Shown here in pieces: positions 38,672-47,402 of a stretch of DNA of 64,000 nt. Origin of the DNA: a virus; IMG/VR virus record IMGVR_UViG_3300020159_001521, positions 32,001 through 96,000 of that record; one strand, 5' to 3'. The stretch's first letter is position 1. Every line of letters starts with the position of its first letter. The position numbers and the translations under genes are program-made. The notes below the pieces were generated by a model, which was given only the letters and a program-made list of their open reading frames with translations, ran no database searches and had not been told where the DNA came from.

Positions 38672-38835
38672 AGAAAGAATTCATAGAAGGAGTGCATTTC
38701 TATTTAGAAAATGGCAAGGTGGTGTTTACAGAAAAATACCATCTTGACAGAGGGCAATGTTGTGGATCTAAAGGAGGATGTAGACATTGTCCTTACATTC
38801 CTAAAGGTATTAAAGGTAATAAACAGAAGAAATAG
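38668..38835 (+). CDS. DUF5522-like Cys-rich protein (55 aa)
   Basis: FYLENGKVVFTEKYHLDRGQCCGS..GCRHCPY. Confidence 0.8.
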   Translation: MKKEFIEGVHFYLENGKVVFTEKYHLDRGQCCGSKGGCRHCPYIPKGIKGNKQKK

Positions 38836-38857
38836 TCCATTAGTTTTTCGATTTCAC

Positions 38858-38889
38858 GTCCTGGGATGTCCATCCTGGGACTCTTTTTT
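38858..38889 (+). terminator. Terminator-like hairpin, GUCC tetraloop
   Basis: GTCCTGGGAT-GTCC-ATCCTGGGAC plus T-tract. Confidence 0.8.
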
Positions 38890-38936
38890 GTTTGGCCCTT
38901 TAAACTAAATTTTGTATATTTGATAAAATAAACTAT

Positions 38937-39962
38937 ATGGCGAAATCAACAAAAGAATCTTCAGGAAGCAAGATTCAGGAAGCATTAGACAAATTAAATA
39001 AGACGTATGGTGTAGGCACAGTGCTTACATTGGATAACAAAGGAAACAATAGCTATGATGTAATTAGCACAGGCTCTATTGGTTTTGATTGGGTTACATT
39101 GGGAACAGGAGGATTTGTTAAGGGTAAGATGTATGAACTGATGGGCTGGGAGGGCTCTGGTAAATCTACAATATGTGGTCATGCTGTAGCTGAGTGTCAG
39201 AAGAAGGGTGGTACAGTGCTGTATATAGATGGCGAGCATGCTGTAGACAAGAACTATTTTGAGGCTCTTGGTGTAGACACAAATAAGATGCTCATTGCTC
39301 AACCAAGCTGCGGTGAGGAAGGTTTTAACATTGCTATGGAGATGATTAAAACTGGAGACATCGATATGATTATCATCGACTCAGACAGTAGTTTGATTCC
39401 TAAGAAGGTGTTAGATGGTGAGGTGGGTGATAGTGCTATTGGTAAGAAAGCTGTACTTAACAGCAGTGCCTATCCAAAACTCAAGAGTGCTTTGTCTGAA
39501 TTCAATGTATGTGTAATTGTAATCAGTCAATACAGAGAGAAGATTGGTGTTATGTTTGGCAATCCCACAACCACTCAGGGAGGACATGCTTTGAAATACT
39601 ACACAGACTGTAGGATAGAGGTGAGCAAGAGTCTTGCTAAAGAGGGTGATGTAAATTACGGCAACATCACAAAGGTGAAGTCTGTAAAGAACAAAATGTC
39701 TCCTCCTTATAGACTAACTCAGTTTGAGATTGTTTATGGTGCAGGCATTGATAAGGTGAAAGAGATTATGGAATTGGGCAGTGAGTACGAAATTTTCAAA
39801 AAGTGGGGAAAAACCATTACATTTGGTGAAAATAAGTATGATCTTGATCAATTTTCTGAATTACTTTTACATAACGAAGAGTTCTACAATGACATTACAG
39901 AGAAAATCAAAACTAAAATAAATCAATCAGAACCTAAAATCGAAGAGAATGTTGAAGATTAA
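38937..39962 (+). CDS. recA: RecA recombinase
   Basis: ISTGSI, GWEGSGKST, YIDGEHA, QYREKIGVMFGNPTTTQGGHALKYY. Confidence 0.96.
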   Translation: MAKSTKESSGSKIQEALDKLNKTYGVGTVLTLDNKGNNSYDVISTGSIGFDWVTLGTGGFVKGKMYELMGWEGSGKSTICGHAVAECQKKGGTVLYIDGEHAVDKNYFEALGVDTNKMLIAQPSCGEEGFNIAMEMIKTGDIDMIIIDSDSSLIPKKVLDGEVGDSAIGKKAVLNSSAYPKLKSALSEFNVCVIVISQYREKIGVMFGNPTTTQGGHALKYYTDCRIEVSKSLAKEGDVNYGNITKVKSVKNKMSPPYRLTQFEIVYGAGIDKVKEIMELGSEYEIFKKWGKTITFGENKYDLDQFSELLLHNEEFYNDITEKIKTKINQSEPKIEENVED

Positions 39963-40377
39963 GTTTAGAAAACTCAAGGAGAATGTTAATATGCCTGTAA
40001 AAGGTAGTGAACATGCTGCTTGTTTTGATGTTTATGCTAATTCATTAAGTTATTCTGGTCAGAAAGTTATTGTAGGACTAGGATTTCAAACAGAAATTCC
40101 TAAAGGATACAGAGGAGTGATTGTTCCTCGTAGCAACCTCACAAAACACTACTGGTTAATGAACAACTCTATAGGAATAATCGACAGTGATTATAGAGGA
40201 GAATGGATGTGCATCTTTACACCAATTGGAAACTATAGTCAGTTCCCTTACGCTGTAGGTGAAAGAGTTGCTCAGATATATTTTGAGAAGGTGGAAGATG
40301 TAGAGTTTGTTGATGCTAATGAGTTGGAATCTTCTGAAAGAGGAACTGGTGGTTTTGGCAGTACAGGCGTAATTTAA
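39949..40377 (+). CDS. dut: Trimeric dUTPase
   Basis: ACFDV, PRS, GIIDSDYRGE, RVAQ, RGTGGFGSTG. Confidence 0.96.
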   Translation: MLKIKFRKLKENVNMPVKGSEHAACFDVYANSLSYSGQKVIVGLGFQTEIPKGYRGVIVPRSNLTKHYWLMNNSIGIIDSDYRGEWMCIFTPIGNYSQFPYAVGERVAQIYFEKVEDVEFVDANELESSERGTGGFGSTGVI

Positions 40378-40388
40378 AACCAATATAC

Positions 40389-40526
40389 ATGAGAAAGACA
40401 AGAAACATTTACAAGACAGAGAATGGCACCTACAGAGTTAGAAAGTATGTGAACGGTGTAAGACTTAGTAGAAACTTTACGAAGCTTAAGGATGCTAGAG
40501 AATGGTTATTGTCACTACTTAATTAA
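40389..40526 (+). CDS. Small AP2-like DNA-binding protein (45 aa)
   Basis: NIYKT.NGTYRVR..VNG.R.SR.F..LKDA..W. Confidence 0.55.
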   Translation: MRKTRNIYKTENGTYRVRKYVNGVRLSRNFTKLKDAREWLLSLLN

Positions 40527-40531
40527 TCCTT

Positions 40532-40927
40532 ATGAAAACAACCCTCATCTACAATGCTGTGTATTGTACTCTTTGCGAAGAAACAATACAAAGCTACCAT
40601 AGGCATGACTATAAGCATTGTACTTGTAGGAATGCCATGGTGGATGGAGGATTAGATTACAATAGATGGGGATGGGAAACAGAAGGTTCTGTTATTAACC
40701 ATTCCCTCTATTTGGAATCTAATCCTTTTTCTGTTATAAGACAACACTTTTATAGGTGGAATCATAACACACAAACATATGTCACTCTTGAGAACATAGA
40801 TGATGCATGGTTGGAAAATATCCTTAAATGGTATATTCCTTCTGATGTATCAAGAGGAGACATGAATCCTGATTATCTATTATTGTTTTTACAAGAAAAA
40901 CTTTACAGAAGTGAGCAAGAAGACTAA
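40532..40927 (+). CDS. Zn-binding conserved phage protein
   Basis: NA..C..C...I.S.HRHDY..C.C....VDGG.DY. Confidence 0.8.
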   Translation: MKTTLIYNAVYCTLCEETIQSYHRHDYKHCTCRNAMVDGGLDYNRWGWETEGSVINHSLYLESNPFSVIRQHFYRWNHNTQTYVTLENIDDAWLENILKWYIPSDVSRGDMNPDYLLLFLQEKLYRSEQED

Positions 40928-41144
40928 GATTATTTTAGACATTGATGACAGTGAAATGAACCTCTTTAAGAAGCAGTATATAAATGCTGGTGAGGTGAAA
41001 GATGAACTTGAGAAACTAGAATATGAAGAGGACAAGCTTGACAAACGCAAAAAGGAATACAAGCTATGGAAAGATAAAATGAACTTTCTTATAGACATGT
41101 ATAATATAAAAGTAGGTTGGAAAGCTTATAAAAAAGTAGAATGA
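40911..41144 (+). CDS. Hypothetical protein
   Basis: 77 aa, DKRKKEY..WK. Confidence 0.75.
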   Translation: MSKKTKIILDIDDSEMNLFKKQYINAGEVKDELEKLEYEEDKLDKRKKEYKLWKDKMNFLIDMYNIKVGWKAYKKVE

Positions 41145-41530
41145 AATCTAAATGTAAGACATGTGGAAACAATTGTGAAGGTGAGTATTGTTTTAAACAT
41201 AAACCAAGAAAACCTTTAGCTCAAACTAAGAAACCTAAAACTGAAAATGCTTCTGAAATGAGAGAGTTCTTTTTAAAAATCTGGAGAAAGCGATTGCACT
41301 ACTCACAAGTGAGTTTAAACTATCTGGGAAACGAACCATTATCAACGTTCTTTCATCACATCCTTCCTAAAGAAAAATATCCTGAGGCTAAATTCGATGA
41401 GGATAACATAATTTTACTAACTTTGGAGGAGCATGACCAAGTTGAACGTGATATTTATAGGTATGACATAATTAATACAAAGAGGGAAAAGCTTATTAAA
41501 AAGTATGAAAGATCCGAAGAGAGAGTATAA
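41141..41530 (+). CDS. HNH-like nuclease
   Basis: HHILPK.KYP...NIILLT.EEH; N-terminal CKTC..C..H. Confidence 0.75.
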   Translation: MKSKCKTCGNNCEGEYCFKHKPRKPLAQTKKPKTENASEMREFFLKIWRKRLHYSQVSLNYLGNEPLSTFFHHILPKEKYPEAKFDEDNIILLTLEEHDQVERDIYRYDIINTKREKLIKKYERSEERV

Positions 41531-42161
41531 GAATGACATTAAGTTTCAAGTAGCTTTAACAGAAGAGCAGAAACAAGCAAAAGATGTTATATTGAAGAAT
41601 GTAATAACTATTCTTAAAGGTTCTGCTGGAAGTGGAAAGTCTACAGTAGCAGCTCAAGTAGCTCTAGACTGTTTGTTTAAAAAGCAGATAGAGAAAGTAA
41701 TTATTACTAGACCGATGGTAGTTTCTTCTGATGAGATGGAGTTAGGAATTCTTCCTGGAGGCATAAACGAAAAGCTAAGTTTGTACACTGCTCCTGTGTA
41801 TGACAATATGTATAGGCTATATAATAAGGAGAAAATTGAAACACTTATAAGAGAGGCCAAGATAGAAGTTATACCTATGTCTATGTTAAGAGGTAGAAAT
41901 TTTTCAAACACTCTCTTGATAGGTGACGAAATGCAAAACTGTACAGATAGAGCTCTAGAAATGCTATTAACTAGGATTTGCAATGGTACCAAAGTAATAC
42001 TTTGTGGAGATTCTGCACAGATAGACTTGAAAGATAGAAAACAAAGCGGATTTGACTACCTGTGTAAAAATTTAACAAACATTGAAGGAGCTGCTGTTGT
42101 AAAACTTACAAGCAATCACAGACATCCTATAATAGAGGAAATAATAAAAATATATCAGTAA
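41505..42161 (+). CDS. phoH: PhoH-family ATPase
   Basis: GSAGSGKS, LG.LPG, RGRNF, DEMQN, LTRI, GD..Q.D, RHPII. Confidence 0.93.
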   Translation: MKDPKREYKNDIKFQVALTEEQKQAKDVILKNVITILKGSAGSGKSTVAAQVALDCLFKKQIEKVIITRPMVVSSDEMELGILPGGINEKLSLYTAPVYDNMYRLYNKEKIETLIREAKIEVIPMSMLRGRNFSNTLLIGDEMQNCTDRALEMLLTRICNGTKVILCGDSAQIDLKDRKQSGFDYLCKNLTNIEGAAVVKLTSNHRHPIIEEIIKIYQ

Positions 42162-42162
42162 G

Positions 42163-42468
42163 GTGGGTATATCAAAAGAAGTCAATAAAAGACACAAGAA
42201 TATCAAAGTAAAAAGTGGTTATAGTATAGAATCTATGTTAATTTTTCCTTGTACTTTTTATGAAAGTACTATTATTGAGAAAACAATATTATGTGATTTG
42301 CGTAAAACTTATAGATATTTACCTTCTGTAAAATTTCCAGGATACAAGGAGTGTTTGTCTATTGATGCAAAAGACAACATATTAGAAAAATTAAAAAACA
42401 TATTAATAAGTAACTACAACAGATCGTCTATTATTGGAAAAATCCTTGACTATGAGTATGGTAAATGA
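42163..42468 (+). pseudogene. T5orf172/GIY-YIG-like endonuclease fragment ending in a PhoH-like tail
   Basis: KVGISK.V.KR...IEK.I...F.GY.EC; in-frame stop 6 codons upstream of the GTG start; AT-rich. Confidence 0.55.
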
Positions 42469-42811
42469 TTTATACACTTACAAAGCTACAGTTGTTAGAG
42501 TGGTAGATGGTGATACAGCAGAGCTGATTATTGATCTTGGCTTCACTGTTCAATGGAGATCTACATGTAGATTCTATGGAGTTAACACACCTGAACTAAA
42601 AAGCAAAGATGCTGATGAGAAAGCAAAAGCACTACTAGCTAAAGAGTTTACCAAAGCAAATTTAAATGAAGGAGCCATCGTTATTATCAAAAGCAAAGAC
42701 CTGGATAAATATGGCAGACCCCTTGTTGACATATATTGTGGTGAAGATTATAGCCTTCATCTTAATGCTGCTCTTATTGATGCAGGGTTAGCAAAATCTC
42801 TTAAATACTAA
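42452..42811 (+). CDS. Thermonuclease (SNase) family protein
   Basis: VVRVVDGDT..L.IDLGF, R..GVNTPE, DKYGR.L. Confidence 0.92.
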   Translation: MSMVNDLYTYKATVVRVVDGDTAELIIDLGFTVQWRSTCRFYGVNTPELKSKDADEKAKALLAKEFTKANLNEGAIVIIKSKDLDKYGRPLVDIYCGEDYSLHLNAALIDAGLAKSLKY

Positions 42812-42822
42812 ACCAAAATAAA

Positions 42823-43125
42823 ATGAAGAATCAGTTTTTCTACACGAGGAGAGAAGTTTCTGGTGGTACACCTGAAGCTCCTGAGTACAGGACATTTACA
42901 GACAGCTTTAACATGGACAAGGTTATTAGGAGTATATCTCTTGAGGACGACAGAGTGCTTGTTCTCTTGGATGATTTGCACGAAAGAGCCCAGCTTGTTC
43001 CTGATGTAGATCCTAAAACCAATAAGGTGAGAGGACAGAAGAGAGAAAGGAATGTTTATCAATCAGAAATCTATCTTGAACAATCAGACGCAAAACGTTT
43101 CTATGAGCTTACTTCCATCAATTAG
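42823..43125 (+). CDS. Conserved hypothetical protein
   Basis: FFY...DSFN..KVIRS...LDD.HE. Confidence 0.8.
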   Translation: MKNQFFYTRREVSGGTPEAPEYRTFTDSFNMDKVIRSISLEDDRVLVLLDDLHERAQLVPDVDPKTNKVRGQKRERNVYQSEIYLEQSDAKRFYELTSIN

Positions 43126-43861
43126 TTGTAAATGCATCACTTACGGACGTGTAGACTTTCTGGAGGAATCTATTTATAGCTTCCTTCAGCAAGACTACCA
43201 AGGAGAAAGAGAACTTGTTATTGTAAATGACTATCCTTTACAGAAGCTTGTATTTGACCATCCTGATGTAAGAATCTACAATCTTGATACAACCTTTCCT
43301 ACAATAGGAGAAAAGGAAAACTTCATCCTTGAGAAATGTAGATTTGATGTAATAGCTGTTTGGGATGATGATGATGTGGCTATGCCTAATCACCTGAACA
43401 ATATTGCTAAACACTTCGTTCCAGGATCAAATCTATTACATTGGCAAAAAGGAGTGCTGTTCAACGGTGACAACATTGAAGCTATTACATCATTGGGTAA
43501 TTCTGGTATTGTATATAGTAGAGATGCTTGGGAAGCTGTAGGAAGACATCCTCTTGAGAATGCTGGATATGATATGACTCTAGTGGTTAGAATACATGAA
43601 CTTGGACGAGATAAGGTTGTATTAGCATCTCCTGCTGATGAGGAAGTGAGCTGGTTCTATATGTGGGGAGGAAGAGGCTATCACATGAGTGGTCTTGGTA
43701 CAGACGATGATACACGTCCAAATGCTATACAAAGGCATTCTGCTCACGTAGAAAGACTCAGACAAATGGGACAGATTCCTACAGGAGAAGTGAAGCTCAT
43801 TCCCAATTGGACAAGGAATTATAAACAAATATTAAAAGAGTTCACTAATGCACATAAATAG
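43103..43861 (+). CDS. Glycosyltransferase family 2
   Basis: ITYGR..LEESI.SFL.QDY..ELVIVND; WDDDD motif. Confidence 0.88.
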   Translation: MSLLPSISCKCITYGRVDFLEESIYSFLQQDYQGERELVIVNDYPLQKLVFDHPDVRIYNLDTTFPTIGEKENFILEKCRFDVIAVWDDDDVAMPNHLNNIAKHFVPGSNLLHWQKGVLFNGDNIEAITSLGNSGIVYSRDAWEAVGRHPLENAGYDMTLVVRIHELGRDKVVLASPADEEVSWFYMWGGRGYHMSGLGTDDDTRPNAIQRHSAHVERLRQMGQIPTGEVKLIPNWTRNYKQILKEFTNAHK

Positions 43862-44504
43862 TATAGAAATTGATTCTACTAACTCTAGAACAGACTTATG
43901 TAATTTAGGAACACTCTATCCTACAGATAAATCTCCATACAATGAGAATTCTGGATTACATAAACATGCATACACTTCTATATATAATCTTCTTTTCTCA
44001 CACATAAGGTATAATGATGTGAAACTAGGAGAAGCTGGTATATTAGATAACATGTCTATGTTGTCTTGGAGAAACTACTTTCCAAATGCTAAGTTGTATG
44101 GCTATGAATGGTTTGATGATAGATTACATAAAGCTTTGGGAGATCGTTTACATAACAGTGTGTACATGAAAATGAACATAGAAGATGTAAACTCAATAGA
44201 AGAATGTTTACGTTCATCAGGAAGTGAGTTTGATATATTGATAGATGACTCAACACATGTATTTAAAGATCAAATCAACTTCATCAATGTTGCTTATAAA
44301 CATTTAAAGCCTGGAGGCTTCTTGATTATTGAGGATATATTCATCTCTGAAAGTGAGAAACGATATGAAGATGCTATCGATCATCTAAAAGAGTATTTCT
44401 CATCAGCTACATTTATATTTGCAAATCATGCTTTGAAATACTCTCCAGGATGGAACAATGATAAACTATTGGTATTAAACAGAAACGATAAACCATGTTC
44501 TTAA
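43848..44504 (+). CDS. Class I SAM-dependent methyltransferase (sugar O-methyltransferase-like)
   Basis: TDK...H.Y...Y; E.GI; FDILIDDSTH; LKPGG.LIIED. Confidence 0.85.
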   Translation: MHINSIEIDSTNSRTDLCNLGTLYPTDKSPYNENSGLHKHAYTSIYNLLFSHIRYNDVKLGEAGILDNMSMLSWRNYFPNAKLYGYEWFDDRLHKALGDRLHNSVYMKMNIEDVNSIEECLRSSGSEFDILIDDSTHVFKDQINFINVAYKHLKPGGFLIIEDIFISESEKRYEDAIDHLKEYFSSATFIFANHALKYSPGWNNDKLLVLNRNDKPCS

Positions 44505-45031
44505 ATATAATCACGCCCTGTTCAAGACCTAACAATCTAGAGGCCATCTCTAATAGTATCAACATTCCACCTGATCATTACAGGTGGATTGTTGTTTTTG
44601 ATTCTACAGAAATACCAGAAAACATCCCTCATAACTGTGAACCTTACGCAATAAAGGTGAATGGTAGTGTATTTGGTAACGGTCAACGTAACTATGGAAT
44701 AGATTTAGTTAAACACGGACATATCTATTTCAATGATGATGACACAACAATTGTACCTGTTCTTTGGGAAAATATAAAAGATTTAACTGAACACTTCATA
44801 TCATTCAGTCAAATTGAGAAGGATGGGAGGATGCGACTAATTGGGAAAACAGTAGGTGTAGGAGCAATAGATAGTCACAACTTCATTGTATCTAAAGAAA
44901 CAGTAGGTGACATAAGGTGGGAATTAGACAAGTATGATTCTGATGGATTCTTTGCATACGAGTGTTATAGAAAAGCAAATAGCATAATTCATATACCTAA
45001 GGTGCTCTCTGTGTACAATTCATTAAAATGA
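44495..45031 (+). CDS. GT-A fold glycosyltransferase
   Basis: IITPCSRP, QRN, IYFNDDD, IDS. Confidence 0.8.
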   Translation: MFLNIITPCSRPNNLEAISNSINIPPDHYRWIVVFDSTEIPENIPHNCEPYAIKVNGSVFGNGQRNYGIDLVKHGHIYFNDDDTTIVPVLWENIKDLTEHFISFSQIEKDGRMRLIGKTVGVGAIDSHNFIVSKETVGDIRWELDKYDSDGFFAYECYRKANSIIHIPKVLSVYNSLK

Positions 45032-45055
45032 AAAAGCCCCGTAATTGGGGCTTTT
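45031..45055. terminator. Bidirectional terminator at convergence of the two blocks
   Basis: AAAAAGCCCC-GTAATT-GGGGCTTTT. Confidence 0.9.
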
Positions 45056-45058
45056 CAG

Positions 45059-45196
45059 TTATTTAGAAAGACGCTTTTGCTTCATGGGCCACATAGGACT
45101 CTTGAGTCTGAGTTTTGTATCAGCTTCCTTCATATAGTTTCCCTTTGGATTGGGATTCTTCACTTTAGGAGCTTTCTTTGGCTTTCCTGATTTCAT
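45059..45196 (-). CDS. Small Lys-rich protein (45 aa)
   Basis: MKSGKPKKAPKVKNPNPKG... Confidence 0.65.
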   Translation of the reverse strand: MKSGKPKKAPKVKNPNPKGNYMKEADTKLRLKSPMWPMKQKRLSK

Positions 45197-45540
45197 TTAC
45201 AGCCGTATTTACATTTACCCATCTTAGCACCACTCTTTGCTTTCATCTTGCCACCATTCTTAATAACACCACGTCCTTTAAGAATGTCAGCTTTAGTGAT
45301 TTTACCATCCTTATTCAGGTCAGGGAATGAAGAGGCTTTACCACCATCTTTCATTTTCTTCTTAGGCATAACAGCCTTAGGCTTAGCAACAGATGATTTA
45401 GCAGATGCTACTGACTTTGCCATATTACCACTTGCATAATTCGACTTAGCTTTTGGAATCATCTTACCAGGATACATTTCACTTTCTACCATTCCTTTAG
45501 GAACGTTCTTGCCAGTTTGGGCTTTTTTAACTTTTGCCAT
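45193..45540 (-). CDS. Lys-rich protein with EF-hand-like loop
   Basis: FPDLNKDGKITKADIL; repeated K.GGK. Confidence 0.8.
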   Translation of the reverse strand: MAKVKKAQTGKNVPKGMVESEMYPGKMIPKAKSNYASGNMAKSVASAKSSVAKPKAVMPKKKMKDGGKASSFPDLNKDGKITKADILKGRGVIKNGGKMKAKSGAKMGKCKYGCK

Positions 45541-45558
45541 TATGTTTAATTTAATTGA

Positions 45559-45849
45559 TTAGCAATTCCATTTTCTCAAAGACTTATTGATTCTGCTATT
45601 TGGATCATTGGCAGTTTTGGCAGATGTCAGTTTCTTCTTCATTCCTGACATTCTACTACAAAATGATTTACGTCTTTTAGCAGATTTGCTTCCCTTCTTA
45701 AGCTTAGAAGGCTTTGTTGTAACAGCTGTCTTTAATTTACTGCCAGGATTAGCAGCTCTATAGCTTGCAACACCTTTAGCATTGAGACCTCCAGATTCAG
45801 ATTTTCCTTCTTTCCTGGTCCAGGCTTCTGATTTTTTAACTGTAGCCAT
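45559..45849 (-). CDS. DUF6321-like basic protein
   Basis: AWTRKEGK..GGLNAKG...RRKSFCSRM.GM...WNC. Confidence 0.8.
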   Translation of the reverse strand: MATVKKSEAWTRKEGKSESGGLNAKGVASYRAANPGSKLKTAVTTKPSKLKKGSKSAKRRKSFCSRMSGMKKKLTSAKTANDPNSRINKSLRKWNC

Positions 45850-46039
45850 GTCTTCCAAAGGTTATATTGTTCTTTACAATAATGTCTTTATGCCTGAACT
45901 GCCACATTTCACCAGTGGTATTTATAATCACTGTATATATTGTGTCAGATTCATGTCCGTAGTCTGTAACTAACCAAATGATTCCATCACCTTTAGGTGT
46001 TGTCACCTCTACACGGTTGGATGGTTCGAATATTATCAC
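45836..46039 (-). CDS. Hypothetical protein
   Basis: V.TPKG.G...DYG.E...TGE.W...N.TFGR. Confidence 0.75.
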   Translation of the reverse strand: MIIFEPSNRVEVTTPKGDGIIWLVTDYGHESDTIYTVIINTTGEMWQFRHKDIIVKNNITFGRHGYS

Positions 46040-46218
46040 TTCTTCTTCATCTTCTTGAGAGTCTGAGCAAGGCGTGCTCTTTGACCCATTTTACCAGGCT
46101 TCTTAGCAGCAGCTGCAAGTTTACCAGCAGGGATCTTTTCTCCCTTTTTAACACCAAGAGATGAGCGTAGGGCACCAGGCTTCTTAATAGCCTTCTGTAT
46201 CCATTTCTTGTCAGCCAT
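46036..46218 (-). CDS. Small Lys-rich protein
   Basis: KWIQKAIKKPGALR...RARLAQTL. Confidence 0.8.
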   Translation of the reverse strand: MADKKWIQKAIKKPGALRSSLGVKKGEKIPAGKLAAAAKKPGKMGQRARLAQTLKKMKKK

Positions 46219-46220
46219 GG

Positions 46221-46553
46221 TTATTTCTTTTTAGCAGACTTCTTAACTATCTTACCACCCTTCTTCATATTACCAAGAGTTCTTTCCTGAACCTTTGTCC
46301 AAGCTCCTTTAGGATCAACCATAGGGGCTTTAACCTTCTTACTAGCTACACCACCAGCTTGCATTTTGCTTGCAAGACCTTTTACAAAAGCCTTACCACG
46401 CTCTAAACGTGTATCTCTTTCAATCATTCTGTTAGCAACACGTTCTGCTCTTTCAGGATTCTTATCTGAGATTCTACCAAGTCTTTTATATTGACCTTTC
46501 CTCAAAGATGGTGTGGCACTAATGCCAACTTGAGCTTTCTTTGCCTTTGCCAT
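46221..46553 (-). CDS. Lys-rich protein
   Basis: KKAQVG, MQAGG, MKKGGK. Confidence 0.8.
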   Translation of the reverse strand: MAKAKKAQVGISATPSLRKGQYKRLGRISDKNPERAERVANRMIERDTRLERGKAFVKGLASKMQAGGVASKKVKAPMVDPKGAWTKVQERTLGNMKKGGKIVKKSAKKK

Positions 46554-46555
46554 AG

Positions 46556-46954
46556 TTATTTCTTTTTACCTTTGTATTTATAATCAGGATTGTCCTTGTG
46601 CCATTTCTTTGTAGAAGCAACGCCTTGTTTAACTGTCTTAGCTCTACCAATTTTTGTGAGGTTGATGGTGTCCCATTTACCTTTGTCTTTGGTAGGATGG
46701 TTTACAATTATGTCTCCTTTGGTAGCTTTAGTACTATTTTTCTTAGATTTATAAACTACGTGCTTCTCACCACCAGCATTTACTGTCACCTTACCACCAC
46801 TCTTTAATGTACTTCCTTTAAATGGTCCTTTCTTTTTAACAAGAGGACCATCAGGAACAGGAGTGATGTTACCACCACGTTTAAGAACTCCCTTACCAAC
46901 ATAAGCTTCTGCTTTCTGTGGATTGTACACTTTGGTTTTAGGAATTCTAGGCAT
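46556..46954 (-). CDS. Lys-rich protein
   Basis: LKRGG, LKSGGK. Confidence 0.8.
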   Translation of the reverse strand: MPRIPKTKVYNPQKAEAYVGKGVLKRGGNITPVPDGPLVKKKGPFKGSTLKSGGKVTVNAGGEKHVVYKSKKNSTKATKGDIIVNHPTKDKGKWDTINLTKIGRAKTVKQGVASTKKWHKDNPDYKYKGKKK

Positions 46955-46956
46955 GG

Positions 46957-47100
46957 TTATTTACCTTTAGCTTTAATCTTCTTTTCTTGCTTGAGCATTG
47001 CCGAATTTGGCTTCTTTCCACTTCCTTTATTGGCACGAATATTGTCCCACAAACCACGTTGTGAAACACTTCCATCTTTACGTTTAATCATTTGTTTCAT
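46957..47100 (-). CDS. Small Lys-rich protein (47 aa)
   Basis: MKQMIKRKDGSVSQRGLWDNIRANKGSGKKP... Confidence 0.7.
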   Translation of the reverse strand: MKQMIKRKDGSVSQRGLWDNIRANKGSGKKPNSAMLKQEKKIKAKGK

Positions 47101-47339
47101 AAAGAACTATTGTCTTTTTGTTCTGTTTCTTCTGCTATTCCGTCTTCTACAGCTCTGGCAAGAATATTCTCCACCACTTTGTTTCCTTCGTTAACAAGAA
47201 GGATGCGTTGTGCTTCTTCTGTGCCAAGAACAGCTCTCATTGAATTAAGCAACAATCCAAACTCAGATCCTGTCAATTTAAACTCATCTGTAGGAGCCCA
47301 TTTATAAGCTTTATTTGGATCAAATGTCTTCTTTTCCAT
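47097..47339 (-). CDS. Hypothetical protein
   Basis: 80 aa, first gene after an intergenic gap. Confidence 0.8.
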   Translation of the reverse strand: MEKKTFDPNKAYKWAPTDEFKLTGSEFGLLLNSMRAVLGTEEAQRILLVNEGNKVVENILARAVEDGIAEETEQKDNSSL

Positions 47340-47402
47340 ATATTTAATTTTTGGTTTTAGGGGCGAATGTAATAAATTAAAATGAATTTACCAAATTTAT
47401 TT

